Source: Chitinophagaceae bacterium
GTDB lineage: Bacteria; Bacteroidota; Bacteroidia; Chitinophagales; Chitinophagaceae
Direction of reading: 5' to 3'
Length of the DNA stretch: 64,000 bases
Assembly (NCBI GenBank): GCA_019638595.1
Contig: JAHBTJ010000007.1
Span: forward strand, 229,674-293,673
Shown here: positions 18,474 through 28,002 of the stretch, piece after piece
How positions within the stretch are numbered: position 1 is the stretch's first letter
Layout of the letters: the number at the start of each line of letters is the position of its first letter
The notes under the pieces: generated by a model
Database searches by the model: none
What the model was told of the DNA's origin: nothing
The model's input: only the letters and a program-made list of their open reading frames with translations
Program-made: the position numbers and the translations under genes

Positions 18474-19133
18474 TTAATAACATAGTAATGGTCTTATAGC
18501 CAGGATCAATTCCTGGTTCAGGTTTTCAATGGCTTCTTTTATCAGCCATCTTGATTTATCGCGTTCTCCCACAAAATTGGAAACTGCTCTCAACTGAACA
18601 AAAGGAATATTTTCCTGCAAACATACATAATGAAATGCCGCTCCTTCCATAGACTCAACGATCACATTATATTTTTCCATGAGCTGATGTATTCTGCCTG
18701 CATTCGTAGTTATTTCGTTGATGCTGACACCCCGCACCTGTTTTAATTTTATTTTGTTCAGAATGGTAGCATTAGGATTTACAAGCCATTTATCAGCATA
18801 TGGAAAACTGTTTTCGGCGAGGCCCAGGTCAAAAACATCTTTGAATTCGCTTCCTTCTTCCACACCAAGATCACCAAAAATTTCTTCGTTTATAATATAT
18901 ACTGAACCCGGAGGATAAAAGGGATGAAAGCTACCGCCTATACCTGCCTGTATTACCAGGTCGGGCTTTGTTTTTGATAAATATTTTGTAAGCGAATATG
19001 TAGTATTTGTAAGACCTACACCGGTAATCAAAATATGCACGCTGCAATCTTTTCGCTGATATTTTTTTTCAGCGAGGTATTGCTTTGTGGTGACCACTTC
19101 CTGTGGCGTAGCGGCTACAATTAAAATATTCAT
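18474..19133 (-). CDS. mqnB: Futalosine hydrolase
   Basis: MNILIVAAT, ITGVG, QAGIGG, ESMEGAA, RAVSNFV (MTAN/PNP fold), adjacent to mqnD. Start moved to ATG 19133. Confidence 0.9.
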   Translation of the reverse strand: MNILIVAATPQEVVTTKQYLAEKKYQRKDCSVHILITGVGLTNTTYSLTKYLSKTKPDLVIQAGIGGSFHPFYPPGSVYIINEEIFGDLGVEEGSEFKDVFDLGLAENSFPYADKWLVNPNATILNKIKLKQVRGVSINEITTNAGRIHQLMEKYNVIVESMEGAAFHYVCLQENIPFVQLRAVSNFVGERDKSRWLIKEAIENLNQELILAIRPLLCY

Positions 19134-19305
19134 CAGGCAAATTTCAGCATTTCGTAGATCAAATGTTGCCATATCACACTTCATGGGGTGTGCAGGCACA
19201 TCATTGATCAATCAAGGTATAGATAAAAATAGAAAGAAGTTAATTAAAAGTATAATAATTTAAAATAAAACGATAATTATTAATTGTTTAATTTAAATAT
19301 CTTTT

Positions 19306-19313
19306 TATATTTG
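19306..19313 (+). promoter_or_regulatory. -7 promoter box
   Basis: TATATTTG with an upstream TTG at ~19284; supports start at 19335. Confidence 0.55.
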
Positions 19314-19334
19314 CTGCTACTAAAATCATGCAAA

Positions 19335-19883
19335 ATGAATAAGACCGGTGTTCAAAAGTTTATCCTCACTAAAATAATTTTATGGGGAGCAATTTATTTT
19401 TCTGTAGTGGCATTGATCTATCACATTCGCTGGTTTGTACCTTTCCTCGCTTCCGGAGTTTCTACTGTTGTTCCCGATGGACAAACGCCGTTGATCTGGT
19501 TCCTTGTTCAAGTTGGTAACAACATTATTTTTTTATTTGTTGGTTATTTATTGGTGAAGCTATTCGGCAAATTCAACCAGACAGGTTTTTTTGACAAGGA
19601 ATGTATTGTTGTGCTTGATAAAATAATTGTATCCTGTATTGTGCTTGCAATTTTAGGAGTAATAAAGCTGGGGTACAGCAACTACAACAATATTCAGATC
19701 AAAGAAGTAAGCGAAGCAGGCATTATTGGAAAGCTACATTTACTGGCCAGGTTTATCACAAATATTATAGTTGTTAAGGAACCACAGACAATGTATTTTT
19801 TGTTAGCTGCGATGCTCTGGACGGTAAAGCAGTTTGTAAACAAGGCGCTATTTGTAAAGGCTGAAAACGAAAAATTTATTTAG
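19335..19883 (+). CDS. DUF2975-like membrane protein
   Basis: Several TM helices, C-terminal KAENEKFI, directly followed by a YozG-type HTH gene. Confidence 0.75.
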   Translation: MNKTGVQKFILTKIILWGAIYFSVVALIYHIRWFVPFLASGVSTVVPDGQTPLIWFLVQVGNNIIFLFVGYLLVKLFGKFNQTGFFDKECIVVLDKIIVSCIVLAILGVIKLGYSNYNNIQIKEVSEAGIIGKLHLLARFITNIIVVKEPQTMYFLLAAMLWTVKQFVNKALFVKAENEKFI

Positions 19884-19884
19884 C

Positions 19885-20094
19885 ATGGCAATCATAGTCA
19901 ATTTAGACGTTATGATGGCAAAACGAAAAATGTCATTAAAAGAGCTTTCCCAGCGTGTTGGTTTAACCACGGTTAATTTATCAATCTTAAAAACAGGTAA
20001 AGCAAAAGGTGTCCGTTTTGATACGCTCGATGCAATTTGTAAATCACTCGATTGTCAGCCGGGAGATATTTTAGAATATAAGGAAATTGAATAA
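19885..20094 (+). CDS. Cro/C1 HTH regulator (YozG-like)
   Basis: MAIIVNLDVMMAKRKM...NLSILKTGKAKGVRFDTLDAICKSLDCQPGDIL. Confidence 0.93.
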   Translation: MAIIVNLDVMMAKRKMSLKELSQRVGLTTVNLSILKTGKAKGVRFDTLDAICKSLDCQPGDILEYKEIE

Positions 20095-20163
20095 AGATGA
20101 TATTGAAATCGCGTAATGTTTTGGCGTCAGTGTAATCTTTTCTACTATCAAACAAACAACCTC

Positions 20164-21069
20164 ATGACTTTAATAGAAACCCAAAACCTTGACTTTTCTT
20201 TTAATAAAGGAGAGGCTGTTTTAAAAGATATCAACCTTAATGTTAAGCAAGGTTCCATCTATGGTTTTCTTGGGCCAAACGGTTCTGGTAAAACAACAAC
20301 TATTAGACTACTCCTGGGGCTTTTGCCATGCAAAAAAGACAAAATAAAGCTATTCGGGCAAAATCTTCAAGCTGACAGGATTAGTATTTTTTCAAAAATC
20401 GGTTCGCTAATCGAACAGCCGTCATTGTATGAACATCTGTCTGGTTTTGACAATTTAGAAATTACAAGAAGAATTAGGAATGCAAGCAAAAGCCGTATTG
20501 ACAAAGTTCTTCAATTGGTTGACTTAAAACCAGTATCTCAAAGAAAAGTAAGAGAATACTCTTTGGGAATGAAGCAACGCTTAGGGCTCGCTATTGCATT
20601 GATTACGGAACCTGAATTAGTGATATTGGATGAACCAGTAAATGGACTGGACCCCAATGGAATCATAGAAATCAGAGAATTGCTATTAAAACTCAATAAA
20701 GAAAATGGCATTACAATTTTTTTGTCAAGCCATTTACTGTCTGAAATCGAAAAAATCGTAACTCATGTAGGCGTTTTAAGTAAAGGGGAAATGGTTTTTC
20801 AAGGCAGGTACAACGACCTTAAAGAGTTGCAGAACAATTCAGCAACTATTCACATTGAAACAAGTGACAATCAAAAATCCCTTGACATGCTCGCCAGAAA
20901 ATATCCTTCTACATTTTCAGAAAACTCTCATATAGGGCTCCGCTATCAAAACAAGGAGCAAATTGCTACTATATGCAGGATACTTGTTGAAAGCAGTATT
21001 GACGTATATAGGATGCAGGTAGTGGATAAAGATCTTGAAAATATTTTTTTAGAAATAACCAAAAACTAA
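20164..21069 (+). CDS. ABC transporter ATP-binding protein (BcrA/LanF-like)
   Basis: GPNGSGKTT, YSLGMKQRLG, LDEPVNGLDP, SSHLLSE. Confidence 0.93.
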   Translation: MTLIETQNLDFSFNKGEAVLKDINLNVKQGSIYGFLGPNGSGKTTTIRLLLGLLPCKKDKIKLFGQNLQADRISIFSKIGSLIEQPSLYEHLSGFDNLEITRRIRNASKSRIDKVLQLVDLKPVSQRKVREYSLGMKQRLGLAIALITEPELVILDEPVNGLDPNGIIEIRELLLKLNKENGITIFLSSHLLSEIEKIVTHVGVLSKGEMVFQGRYNDLKELQNNSATIHIETSDNQKSLDMLARKYPSTFSENSHIGLRYQNKEQIATICRILVESSIDVYRMQVVDKDLENIFLEITKN

Positions 21070-21855
21070 ATGCAGAACATAATAAAGGTTATTAGCACAG
21101 AATTTTTAAAGTCAAAGAAAACATTTGCCTGGTGGCTGGTAATTCTTGGCGCAGGTTTTATGCCAGCATTTGTATCATTTGTCTTTTTAAGCAAATGGAA
21201 GCATTTAGTTCCACAACAAGGGCACAACCCCTGGGAGGATTTTACAGAAATGTCATCGAAAGGATTGGGCTTTTTATATATGCCATTTTTTGTTGTATTA
21301 CTGACTTGTCTTTTTTTGAATATTGAACATAAAAACAATACCTGGAAGCACGTTTTTACACTTCCTGTTTCAAAAAATTATGTTTATTTCAGTAAGCTAA
21401 CCGCACTACTTCTTTTTATTATAATGTTTTACATTCTCTATATTCCAATTTGGATAGGATGTGGTTTTATGGTGGGGCTTATAAAGCCAGAGCTACAGTT
21501 GACAACTTATGTCCCTGATTATCTATTGTTGCTGAGTATATGCTTTCATTCATTTATTGCATCGCTTGGGATAGTCGCTATTCATTTTTGGTTAAGCTTA
21601 CGTTTTAAAAACATGATTATTCCCATCGGCATAGCTGTTTTGTGTGGAATAATATGGGTGGCATTATATCAGGGAAGATCTGAACAAATTAATTATTTCC
21701 CATATTCCTATAATTATTCAACTGTAAATCCACCTAATTGGATAACACTTAAAATGTTCGGTGTTTTTCCGCAGCATGAGCTGTTTAGCATATTGTATTT
21801 TATCATATTTTCAATATTAAGCCATCGCTATTTTATGAGGTCATTTAAGGGCTAG
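21070..21855 (+). CDS. ABC-2 type permease (LanE/G-like)
   Basis: EFLKSK start, EHKNNTWK...PVSK..YFSK loop, about six TM helices. Confidence 0.85.
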   Translation: MQNIIKVISTEFLKSKKTFAWWLVILGAGFMPAFVSFVFLSKWKHLVPQQGHNPWEDFTEMSSKGLGFLYMPFFVVLLTCLFLNIEHKNNTWKHVFTLPVSKNYVYFSKLTALLLFIIMFYILYIPIWIGCGFMVGLIKPELQLTTYVPDYLLLLSICFHSFIASLGIVAIHFWLSLRFKNMIIPIGIAVLCGIIWVALYQGRSEQINYFPYSYNYSTVNPPNWITLKMFGVFPQHELFSILYFIIFSILSHRYFMRSFKG

Positions 21856-22001
21856 CAAATACCAATCCGCTGTATAATTCAATTTTGTGTAAAACCAGGC
21901 TCATAATTTCTACTATCATATTATACATGCCTAACCTATTCAACTGCGACAATTTTACTTCTTAAAACAATGCGCTACCTTTGCAAAAATCCGGAGCAGG
22001 A

Positions 22002-22412
22002 ATGGTATATCTCACCCGTATAGAGCATTTTAATGCGGCGCATAAATTATACAATGCGGCATGGAGCGTTGAAAAAAATGAAGAAGTTTTTGGAAAATGC
22101 GCCAATGAAAACTGGCATGGGCATAATTATGATTTATATGTAACCGTAAAGGGTAACCCCGACCCGGAAACCGGCTTTATTATGGACGTAAAAAAGCTGA
22201 GCATCTTAATTAATGAATTTGTGCTGGAAAAGCTGGATCATTTAAACCTGAATGAAGATGTGGATTTTATGAAAGGGCAATTTTGCTCAACAGAAAATCT
22301 TGCCGTTGGTATATGGAAGCAATTGGTGAACCGTTTGCCGGCAGGCGTTCAACTGCACTGCATTAAGTTATATGAAACCCCGCAGATATATGTGGAGTAT
22401 TATGGGGAATAG
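22002..22412 (+). CDS. queD: 6-carboxytetrahydropterin synthase (QueD/PTPS) paralog 1
   Basis: HFNAAH, C...HGHNY, STENLA, LYETP; -7 box TACCTTTG at 21976-21983. Confidence 0.9.
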   Translation: MVYLTRIEHFNAAHKLYNAAWSVEKNEEVFGKCANENWHGHNYDLYVTVKGNPDPETGFIMDVKKLSILINEFVLEKLDHLNLNEDVDFMKGQFCSTENLAVGIWKQLVNRLPAGVQLHCIKLYETPQIYVEYYGE

Positions 22413-22524
22413 ATAAGGCGGATAGAAGCGCGGATTATAAAAGAAGCAGCTTAATTCTTTTTTGGGGGAAAAATAAAATTTACTTATTTTTAGTGTTAAT
22501 TATACACTTAATAATTAATAGCGA

Positions 22525-23109
22525 TTGCCGTTTATGTTTCTGTCAACCCGAAAATGTGCTGGCGAGCAAAGCTTCATGCTTTTGTTTGATGTGTATAAGA
22601 ATCGCCTGTTCGGGTATGTTTTGGCCATCACTCATTCGCCTTACATAGCGGAGGAAATCACCCAGGAAGTTTTCCTGAAATTATGGCTTAACAGGTTGGA
22701 GCTTGATAAGATAGATAATCCCGATGCTTACATTTTTGCTATTGCCCGCAATAAAACGCTGAATTACCTGCGCAAGGCCAACTACGACAAAAAACTATTG
22801 CGGGAAATTGAACTGACCACGGCTGATACGCTTAATAACGATGTAGAGGAAAGACAGGCGGTCTCCGAATGTGATGGATTATTGGAAAAAGCCATAACGC
22901 AGTTATCTCCCCAGCGCAAACAGGTATACCGGTTAAGTCGCAAGGAAGGCCTGAACCACGTTGAAATAGCCCGGCAACTCAATATTTCACGCAATACGGT
23001 TAAGAATCATCTGGTAGAAACGTTGCGTTTCATCCGTAAATATCTTCACAAAAACGGCATTTTGTTATTGCTGGCAGGGCTTTTCTCCGCCTTTAAAAAT
23101 TCTCTGTAA
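22525..23109 (+). CDS. ECF sigma-70 factor (start uncertain)
   Basis: AEEITQEVFLKLW, YIFAIARN, LSPQRKQVY, ISRNTVKNHL. Confidence 0.92.
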   Translation: MPFMFLSTRKCAGEQSFMLLFDVYKNRLFGYVLAITHSPYIAEEITQEVFLKLWLNRLELDKIDNPDAYIFAIARNKTLNYLRKANYDKKLLREIELTTADTLNNDVEERQAVSECDGLLEKAITQLSPQRKQVYRLSRKEGLNHVEIARQLNISRNTVKNHLVETLRFIRKYLHKNGILLLLAGLFSAFKNSL

Positions 23110-23195
23110 AAAATCTACTAATCATTAGTCCCTGCTTCTTTTTCATGTGTCTTGCTTCCCGTAACCGAAACAATATACCGGTTTAACAATGTTAT

Positions 23196-24230
23196 ATGAA
23201 CGGATCGGACAGGATTAATGAATTGTTTGAAAAATATCTGGGTAAAGAATGTACTCCTGAAGAAGTAAGAGAGCTGATTAAGCTTTTGCAAAAAGCGGAG
23301 GCTGAGCTTGTATTAGACGAACGGATGAAGATGATATGGGATACGCTTCGCGATAATGAGCGGCATTTTGATATAGACTGGAAGAAAATGTATAAGGCTA
23401 TTGTAAACAGCCAGCAGCAAACAGAACACCTGATTAAAACTGCTACACGCAAAAACAGGCTCTTTTTAAAAAGCACGGCTGCCGCCCTTCTTATAATAAT
23501 AAGCGTAGCGGTTGGCTTTTATTTTTTAGGTAACAGGAAAGAACAGCAGGATTACGACCTGGTACAACAAACTGTTGCCGGCAAACCAGGGCAACCGCAG
23601 GTAAAACGCCAGGTAATTCACCTGCCCGATGGCAGTACTGTTACTTTGAATGCTGCTGCCCGTTTAAACTATCCGCCCGTATTTAGCGACAAAAGCCGTG
23701 ATGTATACCTGGAAGGGGAAGCTTTTTTTGATGTGCGGCATATTGAAGGGAGGCCCTTTTATGTACACGCGGGGCAAATAACCGTTAAAGTGCTGGGAAC
23801 AGCTTTTAATATTAAAGCAATACCGGCAGGTAAAACAGTAGAAGTAACGGTAACCAGGGGTAAGGTGCAGGTATTGAGCGATACCGCTGCCCTGGGAGTG
23901 CTTACGGCAAGCCAGCAAATGTCGGTACCGGATGGGAAGATAAAAGACGCGGTGATAAAAATTGTTGATACGCAAAATGTAATGAGCTGGAAGCCCGCTG
24001 AGTTTTTCCTGAATGATGTTACACTGAAAGAAGTTGCCCTTTCAATAGAAGAATGGTATGGAATGAAAATGAGGTTTGTTAATGAGCGGCTCGCAGATTG
24101 CCGGGTAACTGCTACTTTCTCGGAAGATGATACTGTTCAGGAAATGATGGAAGTATTATGCGGTGTGACCAGGGCAACATATACCATCACCAATAATCTA
24201 ATAACAATAGATGGAAAAGGCTGTGATTAA
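23196..24230 (+). CDS. FecR-family anti-sigma factor
   Basis: One TM helix, LPDGSTVTLN, LEGEAFFDV, KVLGTAFN, C-terminal periplasmic domain. Confidence 0.93.
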   Translation: MNGSDRINELFEKYLGKECTPEEVRELIKLLQKAEAELVLDERMKMIWDTLRDNERHFDIDWKKMYKAIVNSQQQTEHLIKTATRKNRLFLKSTAAALLIIISVAVGFYFLGNRKEQQDYDLVQQTVAGKPGQPQVKRQVIHLPDGSTVTLNAAARLNYPPVFSDKSRDVYLEGEAFFDVRHIEGRPFYVHAGQITVKVLGTAFNIKAIPAGKTVEVTVTRGKVQVLSDTAALGVLTASQQMSVPDGKIKDAVIKIVDTQNVMSWKPAEFFLNDVTLKEVALSIEEWYGMKMRFVNERLADCRVTATFSEDDTVQEMMEVLCGVTRATYTITNNLITIDGKGCD

Positions 24231-24299
24231 AACGAATGATCAATATGTGTCCATGTATGGCACCAGTATGCGCCACAGAGGCCCATAGGCTTGATAAAA

Positions 24300-24330
24300 A
24301 GTACACCCCGGGTTGCAGCCGGGATGTATT
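24300..24330 (+). promoter_or_regulatory. Hairpin in fecR-susC spacer
   Basis: TACACCCCGG-GTTGCAG-CCGGGATGTA (9/10 bp) followed by a T-rich tract. Confidence 0.45.
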
Positions 24331-24377
24331 TGTTTGTTTTAAACAATTAGGGTAACTATCTAAAACATATCAAAACT

Positions 24378-27300
24378 ATGAAATTTAAAGTTCCGGCTGC
24401 GCGGCGGGCAAGATATGCCTGCGCATCCAGCCAAATCAACTGTAAATCGTGGCTTATGAGGTTGACTTCACTGTTTGTCGTTATTTGTTGTAGCGGGCTT
24501 CAGTTGCTGAAAGCCAACACCAGTATTGGGCAAAGCCTGGAGGGAACAACGATTCAACTGGAGCTCAAAAATGAATCGCTGAAAAAAGTATTCAAAAAAA
24601 TTGAAAATAAAACAACCTTCCGGTTTGCTTACAACAACCGGCAGATAGAAGGATACGATCCTGTTAATCTTTCTCCGGGATCTTATTCGGTAAGAAACGT
24701 AATTGAAACAGCATTAACCGGCACCCGGCTTGGTTTCAGGCTGGTCAAAAATAATATCATCATATTTGAAACAGAAGATCCGTCCGGCAGCTCGAATGAA
24801 GAAGCTGTGAGTGTAATGGCCGATGGCGCGATAAGAGGCAAAGTAATTAATGAAAAAGGTGAGCCGGTGGGCGGGGCGAGCATATTGCTGGTAGGTACGG
24901 ATAAAGGGGTATCTGCCGATGTGAATGGAGTGTTTGTAATTGCCGGTATAAAGCCGGGCAGGTACAATGTACAGGTATCCGCGATCGGCTTTCAAAATGC
25001 GGAGCGTACGGTTACTGTTGACGACGGGCAAACCTTAAACATTGATTTTGAACTAAAAGAAACCAGCAGCTCGCTCAGCGAAGTAGTGGTAACAGGTTAC
25101 TCAAAGCAGTCGAAGCGCGATGTTACAGGCGCTGTGTCTACCATTTCTTCTGACATAGTAACAAAAACACCTGCAGCAGATATTGGCTCCGTATTGCAGG
25201 GACGAGCGGCAGGCGTAAGTGTAGATGCGCAGGGTGATCCCGGAAGCGTGGCAATAGTTCGCATACGGGGTTATGGAACCAATGGTAATAACGATCCGTT
25301 ATATGTAATAGACGGCGTACAAATGCGCGGGGGCAATAACCTGATCAATCCCAACGATATAGAATCTATTAATATCCTGAAAGATCCTTCTATTACTTCA
25401 CTATATGGAGCCCAGGGTGGTAATGGCGTAATCGTTATTACTACAAAAAGCGGTAAGAAAGGAGCGCCCAGGCTCGAATATAATTCATATGCAAGCTGGG
25501 AAGAATCAATAAAATACCCGCAGATGCTTACACCGCAGGGTTATGCAGATACTTACTGGGGGTATCTTGCTAATTCAGGCCTGGCATTAAGCGATCAATA
25601 TTACGGTAGCGGCAACACGCCTGTATTACCCGATTATATTATTGAACGGAAAAATGGCGCCCAACTGGTTGCCAAAGAAGGAGACCCGATAGCGGATCCT
25701 TCATTATATGACTTCTCCAGTTACAGGATTTTAAAAACAAACAAAGCCGGCACAGACTGGTGGGGCGCAGTATTAGGACGCGCTTTCAGTCAAAGCCATC
25801 AGTTATCATTGAGCGGGGCAACTGATAAAAGCAATTATGCACTTTCTCTTGGCTATCTTGATAATAACGGTATTTCTGCAGGTACTTATTTCAGGCGGTA
25901 CTCAGTTAGAGTAAATACAGAGTTTTCGCCGGCAAAATGGCTGAGGGTTGGTGAGAATATCCAGTTCTCCTATTCACAAACCGGTGGCGTTAGCGGGGGA
26001 AATCATAATCCGCAGGGATATTTTGCAGATTTGTACAACAGGAGTCCGCTCATCCCCATGTATGATATAGCGGGCAATTACTCGGGGCCTAATGGTATTG
26101 TGGATAGTAAGGCATTTCATCCCGGAGGTAACAATCCGTTGCTGGGGCTTGTAAATGCAAAAAAGAATAATGGCGGGTTTAACTCAGGGTTTATCGGTTC
26201 TGCATACATTGATATAGAGCCTGTTAAAGGATTGGTTTTTGAATCGAAGATCGGGGTGCAGTTGTATCCTTACAGCTTCCGGTATTTCCAGGATACCTTC
26301 CCGCAAAATGTATACAGCCCTCCCTATAATTCGTTTACAGAAGGTGGTGGCTGGAGCAGCGACTGGCGGTGGACCAATAAGCTGTCGTACGACTTCCGTA
26401 TAAAAGAGATTCATAAAATAAGCGCTTTTGTGGCATACGAAGCCCGCAGAGCTGTTTCCCGTTACAACAGTGGCACAACGCCCAACCTGCCTTATACATT
26501 TCCGGCATTTCTTAATTTAAGCAACGGCGCACCTGTGCTTAATGGCGGTCCCTATAATACAGTAAGCGGATATATGGGGGAGGAATCGAATCTTTCAGCA
26601 TTTGGAAATGTGAACTACTCCCTGCTGGATAAGTATCTTTTCAGCTTCGTTATCAGGAGAGACGGTTCCTCGAAGTTTGGACCATTGAATAAGTATGGAA
26701 TCTTCCCTTCCTACAGTGCAGGATGGAGAATATCTGACGAAAAATTTATGGACAATATTTCCTGGATAAACGATCTGAAAGTTCGTGCGGCAGTTGGATC
26801 TAATGGTAACGATGCCATAGGATACGGACTATATCTTGATCAATATAATACCAATACATATGTTAGCAGCTATGATTTGGCCGGAGTGAATAACGCTGCT
26901 AATACCGGGGTTGGCTTATACCAACGGGGCAATCCTTTTATTCATTGGGAAACCAACAAAAGCACCAATATAGGATTCGACGCCCTGCTTTTTAAAAAGC
27001 TAAGTATTTCTTTCAGTTGGTTTAACCGTAAAACGGCAGATTTGTTAGGGGTGCCTCCTGCCAGCGGCCTTTTAGGCGATGCGCTGGCGCCTACTGAAAA
27101 TATCATGAGGTTTACCAACAAAGGAATTGAGCTGGAGTTGGGATATAACAACAATATTGGCAACCTCCGGTATGAACTGAATTTCAACATAGCAACCTAT
27201 AGAAATAATGTTGATCATATTAACGATGACAGCGCTGCGCACCTGGATGGCAATGCTTATGCACCTACCCATTTTGCACTTACCCGCAGTGTGGAAGGCA

Positions 27301-27977
27301 GACCGGTATCAAGTTTTTTTGGACTGCTGCAAACCGGCATATTCCAGAGCGGGCAGGAATATACCAACGAAGGAGTTGCTTACGACGGGCTTGACGCGAC
27401 GAATGCCGCAGGGCATTTTAAATTTAAAGATATCAGTGGGCCTGATGGAAAACCCGATGGAAAAATTGATGAGAATGACAGAACATTTATAGGAAGCCCT
27501 CATCCTAAGTTCACTTATGGATTTAACCTGAACCTGTATTATAAAAACTTTGATCTTGGTGTTTTTATCCAGGGTGTACAGGGCAATGATATATTCAATT
27601 ACTGGAGGGTCAATTCTGTTTGGCCGGGTGCGCTTGGGGAAGGATCCCAGGATACATGGACACCGGCCAACACCAATGCAAAGCTGCCCATCTGGAACAG
27701 TAACTCATCATACGACAAAAACCCATCGAGCTTTTTTGTGGAAGACGGGTCATACCTGCGCATAAAAAATGTGCAGATCGGGTATACATTTTCTGGTTCC
27801 AAAGCTTTTAACCGCTTACGTGCATACGTGCAGGGGTATAACTTATTTACGATTACAAAATATACCGGTATTGATCCTGAAATAAATGCAGGCAGCGCCA
27901 CTACCGCGGGTGTTGATTTCGGAGGCAATTACCCCATTGCCAGGAAAATAGTAGTAGGAGTGAACTTTGGATTGTAA
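24378..27977 (+). CDS. SusC/RagA TonB-dependent transporter with N-terminal STN signalling domain
   Basis: STN-like region, carboxypeptidase-regulatory-like domain, EVVVTGY, DPLYVIDG, SLYGAQGGNGVIVITTK, RRDGSSKFG, C-terminal F..L. Confidence 0.96.
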   Translation: MKFKVPAARRARYACASSQINCKSWLMRLTSLFVVICCSGLQLLKANTSIGQSLEGTTIQLELKNESLKKVFKKIENKTTFRFAYNNRQIEGYDPVNLSPGSYSVRNVIETALTGTRLGFRLVKNNIIIFETEDPSGSSNEEAVSVMADGAIRGKVINEKGEPVGGASILLVGTDKGVSADVNGVFVIAGIKPGRYNVQVSAIGFQNAERTVTVDDGQTLNIDFELKETSSSLSEVVVTGYSKQSKRDVTGAVSTISSDIVTKTPAADIGSVLQGRAAGVSVDAQGDPGSVAIVRIRGYGTNGNNDPLYVIDGVQMRGGNNLINPNDIESINILKDPSITSLYGAQGGNGVIVITTKSGKKGAPRLEYNSYASWEESIKYPQMLTPQGYADTYWGYLANSGLALSDQYYGSGNTPVLPDYIIERKNGAQLVAKEGDPIADPSLYDFSSYRILKTNKAGTDWWGAVLGRAFSQSHQLSLSGATDKSNYALSLGYLDNNGISAGTYFRRYSVRVNTEFSPAKWLRVGENIQFSYSQTGGVSGGNHNPQGYFADLYNRSPLIPMYDIAGNYSGPNGIVDSKAFHPGGNNPLLGLVNAKKNNGGFNSGFIGSAYIDIEPVKGLVFESKIGVQLYPYSFRYFQDTFPQNVYSPPYNSFTEGGGWSSDWRWTNKLSYDFRIKEIHKISAFVAYEARRAVSRYNSGTTPNLPYTFPAFLNLSNGAPVLNGGPYNTVSGYMGEESNLSAFGNVNYSLLDKYLFSFVIRRDGSSKFGPLNKYGIFPSYSAGWRISDEKFMDNISWINDLKVRAAVGSNGNDAIGYGLYLDQYNTNTYVSSYDLAGVNNAANTGVGLYQRGNPFIHWETNKSTNIGFDALLFKKLSISFSWFNRKTADLLGVPPASGLLGDALAPTENIMRFTNKGIELELGYNNNIGNLRYELNFNIATYRNNVDHINDDSAAHLDGNAYAPTHFALTRSVEGRPVSSFFGLLQTGIFQSGQEYTNEGVAYDGLDATNAAGHFKFKDISGPDGKPDGKIDENDRTFIGSPHPKFTYGFNLNLYYKNFDLGVFIQGVQGNDIFNYWRVNSVWPGALGEGSQDTWTPANTNAKLPIWNSNSSYDKNPSSFFVEDGSYLRIKNVQIGYTFSGSKAFNRLRAYVQGYNLFTITKYTGIDPEINAGSATTAGVDFGGNYPIARKIVVGVNFGL

Positions 27978-28002
27978 AACTTATTATAAACTCATTATTT
28001 AT

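Noticed and set aside
17619-19133. Futalosine pathway genes as a novelty
   Set aside because: mqnB and mqnD are established menaquinone-pathway genes; ordinary housekeeping.
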